This document shows, piece after piece, positions 23,668 through 32,987 of a DNA stretch of 42,888 bases (position 1 is the stretch's first letter; the number at the start of each line of letters is the position of its first letter). The stretch is from a virus (Duplodnaviria > Heunggongvirae > Uroviricota > Caudoviricetes), in the IMG/VR virus record IMGVR_UViG_2734482773_000006, one strand, 5' to 3'. The position numbers and the translations under genes are program-made. The notes below the pieces were generated by a model that saw only the letters and a program-made list of their open reading frames with translations, made no database searches and had not been told where the DNA came from.

Positions 23668-24129
23668 CTATCTGCACTGCTCATTAATATACTTCTGGGT
23701 TCCTTCCAGTTGTTTTTGCATAGTGATCAGCCTCTCTCTGAGGGTGAAATAATCCTGTTCAGCGGTGTCTGCCAGTCGGGGGGAGGCTGCATTATCCACG
23801 CCGGAGGCGGTGGTGGCTTCACGCACTGACTGACAGACTGCTTTGATGTGCAACCGACGACGACCAGCGGCAACATCATCACGCAGAGCATCATTTTCAG
23901 CTTTCGCATCAGCTAACTCCTTCGTGTATTTTGCATCGAGCGCAGCAACATCACGCTGACGCATCTGCATGTCAGTAATTGCCGCGTTCGCCAGCTTCAG
24001 TTCTCTGGCATTTTTGTCGCGCTGGGCTTTGTAGGTAATGGCGTTATCACGGTAATGATTAACAGCCCATGACAGGCAGACGATGATGCAGATAACCAGA
24101 GCGGAGATAATCGCGGTTACTCTGTTCAT
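23668..24129 (-). CDS. Rz: Spanin inner membrane subunit Rz
   Basis: ORF track 23668..24141; lambda Rz begins M(S/N)[19 protein letters not shown]; start abuts R stop. Confidence 0.9.
   Translation of the reverse strand: MNRVTAIISALVICIIVCLSWAVNHYRDNAITYKAQRDKNARELKLANAAITDMQMRQRDVAALDAKYTKELADAKAENDALRDDVAAGRRRLHIKAVCQSVREATTASGVDNAASPRLADTAEQDYFTLRERLITMQKQLEGTQKYINEQCR
23727..23909 (-). CDS. Rz1: Spanin outer membrane lipoprotein Rz1, embedded in Rz in the +1 frame
   Basis: 60-aa ORF with lipobox VVGC and PPPPP stretch, fully inside Rz. Confidence 0.85.
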   Translation of the reverse strand: MRKLKMMLCVMMLPLVVVGCTSKQSVSQCVKPPPPPAWIMQPPPDWQTPLNRIISPSERG

Positions 24130-24623
24130 TGCTGACCCCACAAACAGATTTCACGCTCAATCTCACGACGAGTCATGAGACCTTTCCATTGCTTACCGCC
24201 AGCATATGTCCAGCGACGTAGCTGATCACATGCGCCTTTGATATCGCCCTGGTTTATTTTGCGAAGAAGCGTCGATGTTCTGAAATTGCCAGCACCCACG
24301 TTGTAAACGAATGAGTAAAGAGCGCCGCGCATTGTTTCCGGTATATCGACTTTGATGTACGGGTTAATTTGTCTGGCGACCGTGGCAAGGTCTTTATTCA
24401 GGAGGGCTTTGCATTCTGCTTTGGTATACGTTTTACCGAGCATGATGTCTTTTCCTGTATGCCCGTGACATACAGTCCATACACCAACAATATCTTTGTA
24501 TGGTATGTAGCTGACACCTTCCAGACCATCGTTACCACTTGGGCCAGTGATTAACACTGATGCTATAGCAATTGCTCCGCCACCAATAGCAGCAGCAACG
24601 GCTTTTCGTAATGATGGAGGCAT
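24126..24623 (-). CDS. R: SAR endolysin (phage 21 R-type lysozyme)
   Basis: 165 aa; N-terminal Gly/Ala-rich signal-anchor-release segment [18 protein letters not shown]; matches phage 21 R / DLP12 RrrD as recalled. Confidence 0.9.
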   Translation of the reverse strand: MPPSLRKAVAAAIGGGAIAIASVLITGPSGNDGLEGVSYIPYKDIVGVWTVCHGHTGKDIMLGKTYTKAECKALLNKDLATVARQINPYIKVDIPETMRGALYSFVYNVGAGNFRTSTLLRKINQGDIKGACDQLRRWTYAGGKQWKGLMTRREIEREICLWGQQ

Positions 24624-24838
24624 TATTCACCTCTCGCAGCCTTGCGCTTATCTTCTTTAATCTTGAAATAAAGGTTTGTCAGGTACGTCAGCAGGCCAAA
24701 TACCAGGCTACCCAGCACACCTATTGCTGCCCACTGTGAGGGCGTGACTTTATCGAGCAGCTGTAAAAACCAGTAACCGGCACTACCTGCTGAGGTGCCA
24801 TAGGCGACACCCGTTGTTAACTTATCCATGGATTTCAT
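24623..24838 (-). CDS. S: Pinholin (phage 21 S-type, two transmembrane domains)
   Basis: ORF track 24623..24883; internal start MKSMDK (dual-start motif) matches S21 as recalled; ends [11 protein letters not shown]. Confidence 0.85.
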
Positions 24839-24883
24839 AACCCCACCTCGCAGACAAAGCGGGTGTAAATTGAGGGAATACAA

Positions 24884-25427
24884 CGTATCGCAAAAAAGCA
24901 GAAACGTAACAGACTCGGAGTCAGTGAATAACTCAGGTATTGAGTTATCAGCTAATATCGAGACTCAAAAAATGGAAAAACCAGCTCGACGGCGGGTTTA
25001 AGCTGTGTGACGAAGTAACCACTCTTAACAGCATAACCAATTTTTTACGTACGTAAACCACTGAATGATATTTATGAGAATGCTACCGAGTGTTCAAAAC
25101 ACCACCACAAATACATAAGAAAACCTCAACAAATAACCAATAAATAATTTCCGGCGTTATTTTTAGTTAATTTAAATTAAACCACCGAATTATAGACCCC
25201 CCCATAAATAACAGCCATTAATATAAATTAGCTAATAGGTTTATTTTTGTTCAAATAAGAGCCATAAATAGGTTTCGATAGAAAAAGTTCAGATAAAAAT
25301 AGAGATCTACTTCACAAATTAAATGAGAAACTAAAACTTACATCTTGAAATAATCACATTGATTAGATGAATATTTATCGCGCAGTGACATCATTTTTTA
25401 ATAATAGTTCAAAAAAAAGGGCTCACG
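24884..25427 (+). promoter_or_regulatory. AT-rich upstream regulatory region of the porin gene (putative promoter and regulator binding sites)
   Basis: ~540 bp non-coding, strongly AT-rich, directly upstream of the porin start; no tRNA-like structure recognised by eye. Confidence 0.35.
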
Positions 25428-26525
25428 ATGAAAAAATTAACAGTGGCAATTTCTGCTGTAGCTGCATCAGTACTGATGGCGATGTCTGCTCAGGCAGCTG
25501 AAATTTATAATAAAGACAGTAACAAGCTGGATCTGTACGGAAAAGTTAATGCCAAGCACTACTTTTCCTCTAACGATGCAGATGATGGTGATACTACTTA
25601 TGTTCGTCTGGGCTTCAAAGGCGAAACCCAAATCAACGATCAGCTGACTGGTTTCGGTCAGTGGGAATATGAATTCAAAGGCAACCGCGCTGAATCTCAA
25701 GGTTCCTCCAAAGACAAAACCCGTCTTGCATTTGCAGGCCTGAAATTCGGTGACTACGGCTCAATCGATTACGGCCGTAACTACGGTGTAGCATACGACA
25801 TCGGTGCGTGGACTGACGTTCTGCCAGAATTCGGTGGCGATACCTGGACCCAAACAGATGTGTTCATGACTGGTCGCACCACTGGTGTTGCAACCTATCG
25901 TAACAACGACTTCTTTGGTCTGGTTGATGGTCTGAACTTTGCTGCTCAGTACCAAGGCAAAAACGATCGTAGCGATTTCGATAACTACACCGAAGGTAAC
26001 GGTGATGGCTTCGGTTTCTCTGCTACCTATGAATACGAAGGGTTCGGTATCGGTGCAACTTATGCGAAATCTGATCGTACCGACACTCAAGTTAATGCAG
26101 GGAAAGTTCTTCCTGAAGTATTTGCTTCCGGTAAAAATGCAGAAGTTTGGGCCGCAGGTCTGAAATATGACGCTAACAACATTTACCTGGCCACTACCTA
26201 TTCTGAAACCCAGAATATGACTGTATTTGCTGATCACTTCGTTGCTAATAAAGCTCAAAACTTCGAAGCTGTTGCACAATATCAGTTCGATTTCGGTCTG
26301 CGTCCGTCCGTTGCTTACCTGCAATCTAAAGGTAAGGATCTTGGAGTATGGGGCGATCAGGACTTAGTCAAATATGTTGATGTAGGTGCAACCTATTACT
26401 TCAACAAAAATATGTCTACTTTCGTTGATTACAAAATCAACCTGCTTGACAAAAATGACTTCACTAAAGCACTCGGTGTAAGCACTGATGACATCGTTGC
26501 TGTAGGTCTGGTTTACCAGTTCTAA
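25428..26525 (+). CDS. nmpC: Outer membrane general porin, NmpC/Lc (OmpC/OmpF family), intact
   Basis: 365-aa ORF with signal peptide [23 protein letters not shown] and C-terminal VGLVYQF; matches DLP12 NmpC / phage PA-2 Lc as recalled; lies between Q and S on the opposite strand. Confidence 0.9.
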   Translation: MKKLTVAISAVAASVLMAMSAQAAEIYNKDSNKLDLYGKVNAKHYFSSNDADDGDTTYVRLGFKGETQINDQLTGFGQWEYEFKGNRAESQGSSKDKTRLAFAGLKFGDYGSIDYGRNYGVAYDIGAWTDVLPEFGGDTWTQTDVFMTGRTTGVATYRNNDFFGLVDGLNFAAQYQGKNDRSDFDNYTEGNGDGFGFSATYEYEGFGIGATYAKSDRTDTQVNAGKVLPEVFASGKNAEVWAAGLKYDANNIYLATTYSETQNMTVFADHFVANKAQNFEAVAQYQFDFGLRPSVAYLQSKGKDLGVWGDQDLVKYVDVGATYYFNKNMSTFVDYKINLLDKNDFTKALGVSTDDIVAVGLVYQF

Positions 26526-26529
26526 TCTG

Positions 26530-26690
26530 ATTACGAAAAAGATATGTTGCGGGAGGCTTTGCCTCCCCAACATATAAGTGGCTCCCTCAAGCCACTTCCT
26601 TTAGGAGCACAACCTTGCTTCTAACTATATAAACCTTCTGTTATATATTACCCTTTATTTTTGGGGGCGTTGCAACGCCCCATTTTTAAT
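26530..26690. terminator. Two GC-rich hairpins between porin and Q: candidate porin terminator (plus strand) and tR'-like terminator of the short PR' transcript (minus strand)
   Basis: Hairpin GGGGCGTTGCAACGCCCC followed by TTTTT on plus strand (~26657..26690); long hairpin around GCGGGAGGCTTTGCCTCCCC (~26540..26580) followed by a T-run on the minus strand. Confidence 0.4.
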
Positions 26691-26714
26691 AATTTTTAGT
26701 AAACAATTGGCATA

Positions 26715-27098
26715 TTAATTAGAGTTATTAACAACGATATCCATCTCTAACCGGATATCTAATGCCATTAACATCCCTTCAATTATGCCCTCAGCCTTCT
26801 GTAACCTTTTCCCGATATAACCATCAGAGCAGCAATGCTTACCTGCCAGTGACATTAATGTCATACCGACTACATAATAATCTACTAATAAATCGTGCAA
26901 ATCGCTGTTGTTCTTTTTCAGACGGGCCATGCACCCGCAAATGATCATCGCGTCATCGTCACAACATTGCGGGCGAGATTTTACTTTTGAAGGAATTAAT
27001 CCCTTAAAACCGGCGGCAATGGACGACCAGGTCACATCTTCATGATTATTAGCCGCCCACGCTCCCCAACGCTCAAGAACCATCTGAATATCACGCAT
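26715..27098 (-). CDS. quuD: Late gene antiterminator Q (phage 82/DLP12 QuuD type)
   Basis: ORF track 26715..27113; internal start [18 protein letters not shown]; Cys-rich zinc-binding region; matches DLP12 QuuD as recalled. Confidence 0.85.
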   Translation of the reverse strand: MRDIQMVLERWGAWAANNHEDVTWSSIAAGFKGLIPSKVKSRPQCCDDDAMIICGCMARLKKNNSDLHDLLVDYYVVGMTLMSLAGKHCCSDGYIGKRLQKAEGIIEGMLMALDIRLEMDIVVNNSN

Positions 27099-27320
27099 CA
27101 ACTTACTCCACAAAAATCAGACCAGAACGCCAATTACAAGCAAAAATCAACAAAACAGTATTAGTTGATTGTTATCTCTGACTTCATACTCCTGCTCCTG
27201 TCAGGGTTTTGGCGTAATTCTTCAGTATTCGGTAATCGGTCAAAACAGAACCGGGGAAACGATATAAGCGCAGACGCCCCCAGCGGTGGCGAAGAAGTTC
27301 TGCCATATTAAACTCAAACA

Positions 27321-27683
27321 TCATTCATTCCCCATTTCGGTGATGGTCAGTTCCAGCCTCCCACCTTTGGTAACAGGCATCTTCACAACGCGGTAATCAA
27401 CGACCTGAGCATCATCCAGCCAGAAACCTGCTTTAGTGAGTGCGTCAAAAGCGGCTTTTTGCAGATTATCCAGGTCACGGCGACGGCGATCCGGCATGTG
27501 GCACTCAATGCGGATTTTCACAGGCATAGCCAGGCCGATATCCAGCATTGCGTTTTTAATGATTCGGGCGACGTTATCGCGGTATGCCTGCCCCTCTGCG
27601 CTGACGTGCGTGCGCCCGCGATTATGGCGGTAATAGCGATTATTGCTCGGAGGCCAGGGTAATGTGATGCTGTAGGTATTCAC
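27321..27683 (-). CDS. rusA: Holliday junction resolvase RusA
   Basis: 120 aa, [27 protein letters not shown], matches RusA as recalled. Confidence 0.9.
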   Translation of the reverse strand: MNTYSITLPWPPSNNRYYRHNRGRTHVSAEGQAYRDNVARIIKNAMLDIGLAMPVKIRIECHMPDRRRRDLDNLQKAAFDALTKAGFWLDDAQVVDYRVVKMPVTKGGRLELTITEMGNE

Positions 27684-27970
27684 GCCTTAATAACCCCCTC
27701 TTTCAGCCAGATAACCTGTGTTCTCGCCATACCTTCCAGCGCGCATTCTTTTGCATATGCAGCATCGACAAAATGTGTGCGGCGGTCGATTTCGTCGTGG
27801 CAGGCAGAACATGCAATGGTGGCAATCAGGTCTGGCGGTTTGGTACCGGTGCCGCACAATCCAGTCAGCCGGATATGTGCCAGTACAGACGTTTCAGGGT
27901 TGCCATTACATACGCCAGGGATTCTTACCTGGCATTCCCGACTACGCGCTGCTTTTCTCAAATCAGCCAT
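27680..27970 (-). CDS. ybcO: YbcO-like nuclease (DUF1364 family as recalled)
   Basis: ORF track 27680..28009; probable start at internal [23 protein letters not shown]; Cys-rich. Confidence 0.8.
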   Translation of the reverse strand: MADLRKAARSRECQVRIPGVCNGNPETSVLAHIRLTGLCGTGTKPPDLIATIACSACHDEIDRRTHFVDAAYAKECALEGMARTQVIWLKEGVIKA

Positions 27971-28133
27971 GACTCCTCCTTGCTGCCAGTCGCAACCATT
28001 TTTTATCAACCAGGCTAGCGGTATACCCGAGCAGTGTTGGTATTTCGGATGGTTTCAGTTCAGGCTTACGCTTACGACGATTTGGTACTCTGTAGATGTT
28101 TCCGTTCATGACACGAATAAGCGGTGTAGCCAT
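27966..28133 (-). CDS. Small basic ORF (~55 aa) translationally coupled between ybcN and ybcO (YlcG-like position)
   Basis: Read by eye; ATG overlaps ybcN stop, stop overlaps ybcO start; below the 60-aa ORF track threshold. Confidence 0.35.
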
Positions 28134-28588
28134 TACGCCTCCTGCTTGTCGCGCAGCAGCTGGAACTCGCAGCTCTGCGGAATAGTCAGGTGGCAGCCAA
28201 TATTCATCGCCCAGGCTTCAACCTTACACAGGAAGACATACATCTCTCCGGTATCAAGATTGGAGGTATGGCGTAACGACTGGATAGTAGTGATTTCGCC
28301 GGTTACGACATCAACCAGGTCCTTGGTTTCATAACCGAGGTATGTGTGTTTGAGAGCATCTTTTACCCATGCTGCGGTAGCGAACGATTTCCCCCTGCTG
28401 ATGAGGTATTCACTGATTTCGCTGTACCACATGTGGCTGAGTGCATTCTGGGAAAGACTGCGTTTCTCACGCCACGGTTTAAGCACCATGCGAAAGCATT
28501 TTCCGTCCTCCAGATAAGGCTGGATCTGCTGGCCGATAGCGGTGAAGTTGCCGCGATGTAATTTGATGCCGTCTTGTGGGAGGTTCAC
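28133..28588 (-). CDS. ybcN: YbcN-like protein (DLP12 YbcN family, nin region)
   Basis: 151 aa, begins [35 protein letters not shown]; matches DLP12 YbcN as recalled. Confidence 0.8.
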   Translation of the reverse strand: MNLPQDGIKLHRGNFTAIGQQIQPYLEDGKCFRMVLKPWREKRSLSQNALSHMWYSEISEYLISRGKSFATAAWVKDALKHTYLGYETKDLVDVVTGEITTIQSLRHTSNLDTGEMYVFLCKVEAWAMNIGCHLTIPQSCEFQLLRDKQEA

Positions 28589-28813
28589 GCTTCACCTCCG
28601 CAGAGGTCAAACGTTGGATGCAAAAAAACGCAGGTGCATTTCTGCATCTGTGAATGGAGAAGATAGGTTGGATTGTATGTGCGCATAAACGTCCCCGTTT
28701 AGCGCAGAAGTCACCGGAGTTGTTCAGGCTCCGGCTTATTAATATTGCCTACTTACAATTAATTTTTCAACTGTTAGAAACTTATAATTAGCTGTCTCTT
28801 TGTAACTATCAAT

Positions 28814-30709
28814 TTAATTATTTTTCTTTAACTTGAAATTTCTTCCCATTGCTAGTGTTCTTCGAAGATTCGAATCATAAGCTGGTTGATAATATCTATC
28901 ATAAAAATCCTTAATTGTCTGATGGTAAGTATCCAGCATCAAACCATAAAACCCCCTAACCTTAAGATAATCCACCAAGGGAAATAAATAATCATCAGTC
29001 TGAACATCAGTATCAATATTATTTTTTTGTTTTTTAACTTCAAATTTGTATAAGTTTAACTCACCCTTATCCATCGTGCATGAAAAAAGGTCGTCAAAAA
29101 TCAAATCAATTTCTGTCATAGGAACTCGTTCTTTTCCAGACATTATAGGTAGAATATCAATACCTAAGAGCGAACCTAATACAAAGTCGTAATGAAGCGA
29201 AATCACTGAGTCATTCGATGTCGAGTTGCCTTTGATAAATACTCTACTTAGTGCCGAGTCAAAAACATTCTCAACTCTCTCTCTCGTCATGTTTGCGACA
29301 TCTACAACTCCCATATCACGAGAAGCTTTTATTGTGATTTCATCTATAAATGCTTTGGAATCTAGTGAATGTAAAAACAACATGAAGTTATCTAACTGTT
29401 CAGAGCATTTAATAGCCACCATAAGATTTTCGTATATATCTTTTTTATACTCAATCGGTAAATTTGCTACCGCAAAAGCAGCATAAAATTCTTGCACTGA
29501 TTTATGCAGAAAAACATACCTATTATTTCCCTCAGGTTGGATAAGGCAAGTTATCTCAATAAGATCATCTATAAAGTTTGATGCATCTTCTTTAAGATAA
29601 CCTTCTGTTTCAATAGCATCTTCAGCATATCTAAGCAACTCCTCTCCCCAAAACTCAAATTTCTCCTCAATCAGTGCGTTATAGCAAATAGCTGAAAAAC
29701 ACAATTTAGCTTTTTCACCAATAATGTTTGATTTTTTCTCGCGCGTATATACTTTTATTTTATCATGCCTTGCATATAAGGTGTCAAAGAGGCTTCGATA
29801 AAACTCTATTATATTATTTGGAATATCATTCATATAAGGATAACAATAATACAAAAGAGTAACTAAAATTGGATTGCAAATAGTTCCCTCAAGTTCTTCT
29901 TTATCACATAGTAAATCCGCCAAGACTTTAAACGAGGCATCACTACTTGAGAATCTGTCATTTTTCGATAAAGAATGAAGAATACAAATCTTATCAGAAA
30001 TATTTAGCTTATCTATAAAAATATTATACACATCAGTAGTATAACATATATCTGTATTTGGTCTCGTTGTTGCGATAATTGGTGTGTTAAAATGATAATG
30101 AATGTTTTTTATTTCATTCATCATCATAGTTCGCTCTTCATGTTTAACCTCATCAAATCCATCCAACATTAAAACGACTCTTTGGGATTGCAGTAATATT
30201 TTCAAGCTATCCTCTGAACACCCCACACCAAATGAATTAAGAATGTCTGCCAGATAAGCAATAATATTTGCATTCTTCACCCTTCTTAATTCAATAAAAA
30301 AAGGCATCCGTTCTGATTTTTTTATTTCCTCGCTAAACAACTTGCGTAAAATAGTACTTTTCCCTTGCCCCGCTATACCGACTATATTTACAATACCATG
30401 AAATGGTAAAGTGACCCCATCTTTTATAACGACCTTGTCTTTATTAGATGCCACCTCAACAGTTAACGGATAATAAATATCATCTAAAAAAATATCATAA
30501 TCAGCGTTGTGCAAAGTTCTCATTTTCAGAGATGGTAGCACATGCTTTCTTAAATAATTTTCTCTTCCGAGGGGATCATTTAATTGTTCGAGTATAACCT
30601 TGCCTTCATCTAGGTCCCTAGCCCAAGGTTTAGAGAGCAATACTTCTGTTATTTTTTCCGCAGCTTTTCCTACTGTGCTATTAATAATAGTCGCAAGAAA
30701 CTCATCCAT
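28814..30709 (-). CDS. NACHT/STAND-family P-loop NTPase (bacterial NLR-like), candidate single-gene anti-phage defence protein
   Basis: ORF track 28814..30766 (650 aa); likely start at internal Met (30709) preceded by GGTGA; Walker A GIAGQGKST (ORF aa 130-138), Walker B VVLMLDGFDE (197-206), TTRP (233-236); visibly AT-rich gene with AT-rich non-coding flanks. Confidence 0.7.
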   Translation of the reverse strand: MDEFLATIINSTVGKAAEKITEVLLSKPWARDLDEGKVILEQLNDPLGRENYLRKHVLPSLKMRTLHNADYDIFLDDIYYPLTVEVASNKDKVVIKDGVTLPFHGIVNIVGIAGQGKSTILRKLFSEEIKKSERMPFFIELRRVKNANIIAYLADILNSFGVGCSEDSLKILLQSQRVVLMLDGFDEVKHEERTMMMNEIKNIHYHFNTPIIATTRPNTDICYTTDVYNIFIDKLNISDKICILHSLSKNDRFSSSDASFKVLADLLCDKEELEGTICNPILVTLLYYCYPYMNDIPNNIIEFYRSLFDTLYARHDKIKVYTREKKSNIIGEKAKLCFSAICYNALIEEKFEFWGEELLRYAEDAIETEGYLKEDASNFIDDLIEITCLIQPEGNNRYVFLHKSVQEFYAAFAVANLPIEYKKDIYENLMVAIKCSEQLDNFMLFLHSLDSKAFIDEITIKASRDMGVVDVANMTRERVENVFDSALSRVFIKGNSTSNDSVISLHYDFVLGSLLGIDILPIMSGKERVPMTEIDLIFDDLFSCTMDKGELNLYKFEVKKQKNNIDTDVQTDDYLFPLVDYLKVRGFYGLMLDTYHQTIKDFYDRYYQPAYDSNLRRTLAMGRNFKLKKNN

Positions 30710-31097
30710 TTTTTCACCACATTCATTAACCAATACGTGGTGCATTCTTACAAGACTCAGTAACAATTGTCAATCATAGGTTTTCGCATGATTGCAAAAC
30801 GCCATAAACAATTGTAGCACCATAATTTTAAACACTATATAATATACAACCTTCCTACAAGCATTCAGTACATCGCTTAATCACAGGGCTTGAATATATA
30901 GTAAGGAATCGATATTAATCACCTCATCTACTTTAAACATCTTACACACCTATAATTTATAATAGTCAACACGAGGTCATCATATTAAACATGCAATTAC
31001 AAACATTCATTTTTATATAAATTTTCATGATTTAACCGTAGGGCGACGGTAATAAATTTCATATACAAGGATTTAAGCTCCCATACGTTTTCTATTA

Positions 31098-31277
31098 TTA
31101 AAAATAACATACCGTTCGCCAGACCTTACCATCAATGACTAAGATTCCTGCCCGCGCCATTTTAGCCGCAGCCTGATTTATGCTGGTTACGGTTGCGCCT
31201 GTTACCGCGGCAACGTCCTGTGCACAGAAGCTCTTATGCGTCCCCAGGTAATGAATAATTGCCTCTTTGCCCGTCAT
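31098..31277 (-). pseudogene. ren: Truncated ren gene (59 codons), broken at the junction with the AT-rich island
   Basis: Read by eye: MTGKEAIIHYLGTHKSFCAQDVAAVTGATVTSINQAAAKMARAGILVIDGKVWRTVCYF then stop; matches the lambda Ren N-terminus as recalled and ends ~37 codons early; ATG overlaps P stop. Confidence 0.6.
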
Positions 31278-31975
31278 ACACTTGCTCCTTTCAGTCCGAA
31301 CTTAGCTTTAATTTCTGCGATCTTCGCCAGAGCCTGTGCACGATTTAGAGGTCTACCGCCCATAACAGGAAGTTGTTTTACTGGTTCAGGTATCGTCTCA
31401 CCACGGTTAATTCGCGCTGTCATACAGGCCAGTTCATCGGCAGCCTTGCGCCGTAATTCCGCGTCAGTCAACGCATTGGCCCGCATGTTCTGGTACAGGT
31501 TGGTAACCAACCAGTAGTGCGCGTTTGATTTCCATGGATAAGACTCTGCGTCCGGATACAGGCCACGCTTCCGGCAATACTCGTAAACCATATCAACCAG
31601 CTCGCTGGCGTTTGGCAGCCCGGCGGTAACGGATGTTTCTTCCCGGCACCAGGCAACAAACTGCCCGGGAGATGGCAGGAATGGTCGATTCTGCCGACGG
31701 GCTACGCGCATTCCTGCGTTAACCTGTTCCATTGTGGTGATCCCATTTTCCCGGAAAGCCAGCACCCACTGGCGGCGGATTTCGTTCAGTTCGTTCTGGT
31801 CCCGGTTAGCCAAGCTCGCCGGGAAAGTTGCCAGTAACTGGCTGAACACACCGTTGATGATCTGCGCTACCTGCTGTACCTGCGGCTTTTCGTCGTACTG
31901 TTCCGGCATGTTGTTGGCGATCCGACGCATCTGCTCACGGTCAAAGTTAACCATCTGTGCGGCGATGTTTTTCAT
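31274..31975 (-). CDS. P: Replication protein P (DnaB helicase loader)
   Basis: 233 aa, MKNIAAQMVNFDREQMRRIANNMPEQYDEKPQVQQ, lambda P. Confidence 0.95.
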   Translation of the reverse strand: MKNIAAQMVNFDREQMRRIANNMPEQYDEKPQVQQVAQIINGVFSQLLATFPASLANRDQNELNEIRRQWVLAFRENGITTMEQVNAGMRVARRQNRPFLPSPGQFVAWCREETSVTAGLPNASELVDMVYEYCRKRGLYPDAESYPWKSNAHYWLVTNLYQNMRANALTDAELRRKAADELACMTARINRGETIPEPVKQLPVMGGRPLNRAQALAKIAEIKAKFGLKGASV

Positions 31976-32901
31976 AAATCCACCCCGTAAATCCAGTCAG
32001 TGTTTGTCAGGTCGAGTTTTGGTTTTCTGGCTGCCACGCCAGCCTGTTGCTTGTTACGGTTGATTTCGAGCTGGGTCCACTTGTCGCGGAGTTTAGCCGG
32101 ACTCAGCACGTTACCGGACCAGAAGTTGTCCTGGCATGCCCAGCGGAACAGCACGCACATGTCGCGGTGGTTACGTCCATCACGTTCACGCATCAGGCGG
32201 ATATCGTTAGCCCACCCTGCAAAATTCGGTTTTCTGGCTGATGGCGCGATGGTCTTCACCATGTCAAACATCCACTCTGCGGCGGTCAGGTCTTCTGCTG
32301 TCCCCCACCTGCTGCCGCTCTGAATTGCAGCATCCGGTTTCACCACAGGAAGATCGTTTTCTGGTTGGTCAGAGGATTCGCCAGAATTCTCGGACGAAAA
32401 AGGTTTTATATTGTCTTTTGTTAGTTTGTCTTTTGTGTTTACCTGATTCGGGTAAACGCCTTTACCTGATTTGGGTAAACTTTTTTTACCTGATTCAGGT
32501 AAATTTACCTCTTTCAGGTAAACTTTATTTTTCTTACCTGATTCGGGTAATGTTGACCATTCACTGACCACATTATTAATGCCGGTATTCCGCCCGCTCT
32601 GAATAAAAATCCCACGCTTTACCAGAACACTTTTTGCAGCAGAACACTTGTGCGGCAATATCCCGGTTAATTCGGAAAGTTGCTCGTTGCTAACCCAATC
32701 CAGTTTTTTATTAAAGCCATATGTTTTGCGCATGACAGCCAGAAAGACCAGAAGCTGGTGCTGTGTTAATCCGGCCAGCATCACAGCTTCCAGCAACTCA
32801 TTTGCAATGCGCGTATAACCATCGTCGAGATCTGCCACGCGCCGCTCCTTTTGTGCCACATCCGGCACTGGAAAATTGAATATCTCAGCAGTGTTTGCCA
32901 T
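31972..32901 (-). CDS. O: Replication initiator protein O
   Basis: ORF track 31972..32991; probable start at internal MANTAEIFNFP with GGAGG upstream; contains the ori iterons; C-terminus lambda O-like (pairs with P). Confidence 0.85.
   Translation of the reverse strand: MANTAEIFNFPVPDVAQKERRVADLDDGYTRIANELLEAVMLAGLTQHQLLVFLAVMRKTYGFNKKLDWVSNEQLSELTGILPHKCSAAKSVLVKRGIFIQSGRNTGINNVVSEWSTLPESGKKNKVYLKEVNLPESGKKSLPKSGKGVYPNQVNTKDKLTKDNIKPFSSENSGESSDQPENDLPVVKPDAAIQSGSRWGTAEDLTAAEWMFDMVKTIAPSARKPNFAGWANDIRLMRERDGRNHRDMCVLFRWACQDNFWSGNVLSPAKLRDKWTQLEINRNKQQAGVAARKPKLDLTNTDWIYGVDL
32395..32552. repeat. Replication origin: five ~17-bp iterons (TACCTGATTCGGGTAAA-like) plus adjacent AT-rich segment, inside the O gene
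   Basis: Five near-identical copies spaced ~24 bp apart, each an inverted repeat TTACC..GGTAA; seen as repeated LPESGKK in the O protein. Confidence 0.75.
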
Positions 32902-32987
32902 AATTCCTCCCGCAATGAGTGTGTTACGATTTGCACCTGAAAGTCGGTTCTGTTCGCGCAGACCGGCTTTCGCCATTTCCGAACCTG

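Noticed and set aside
24884-25427. Possible tRNA genes in the Q-S interval, common in lambdoid and Stx phages
   Set aside because: The interval is strongly AT-rich without the GC-rich stems or conserved T-loop (GTTCGA-like) motifs of a tRNA; it sits directly upstream of the porin gene and is better explained as its regulatory region. A tRNAscan run would confirm.
27777-28334. 185-aa plus-strand ORF spanning ybcO and ybcN
   Set aside because: Antisense to two well-supported tightly coupled genes; Cys/Trp/Ser-rich low-complexity translation; no independent support.
32395-32552. Regularly spaced direct repeats that could resemble a small CRISPR array
   Set aside because: Repeats are ~17 bp with ~7-bp spacers, lie inside the O coding sequence and match the iteron architecture of lambdoid origins; no cas genes or leader.
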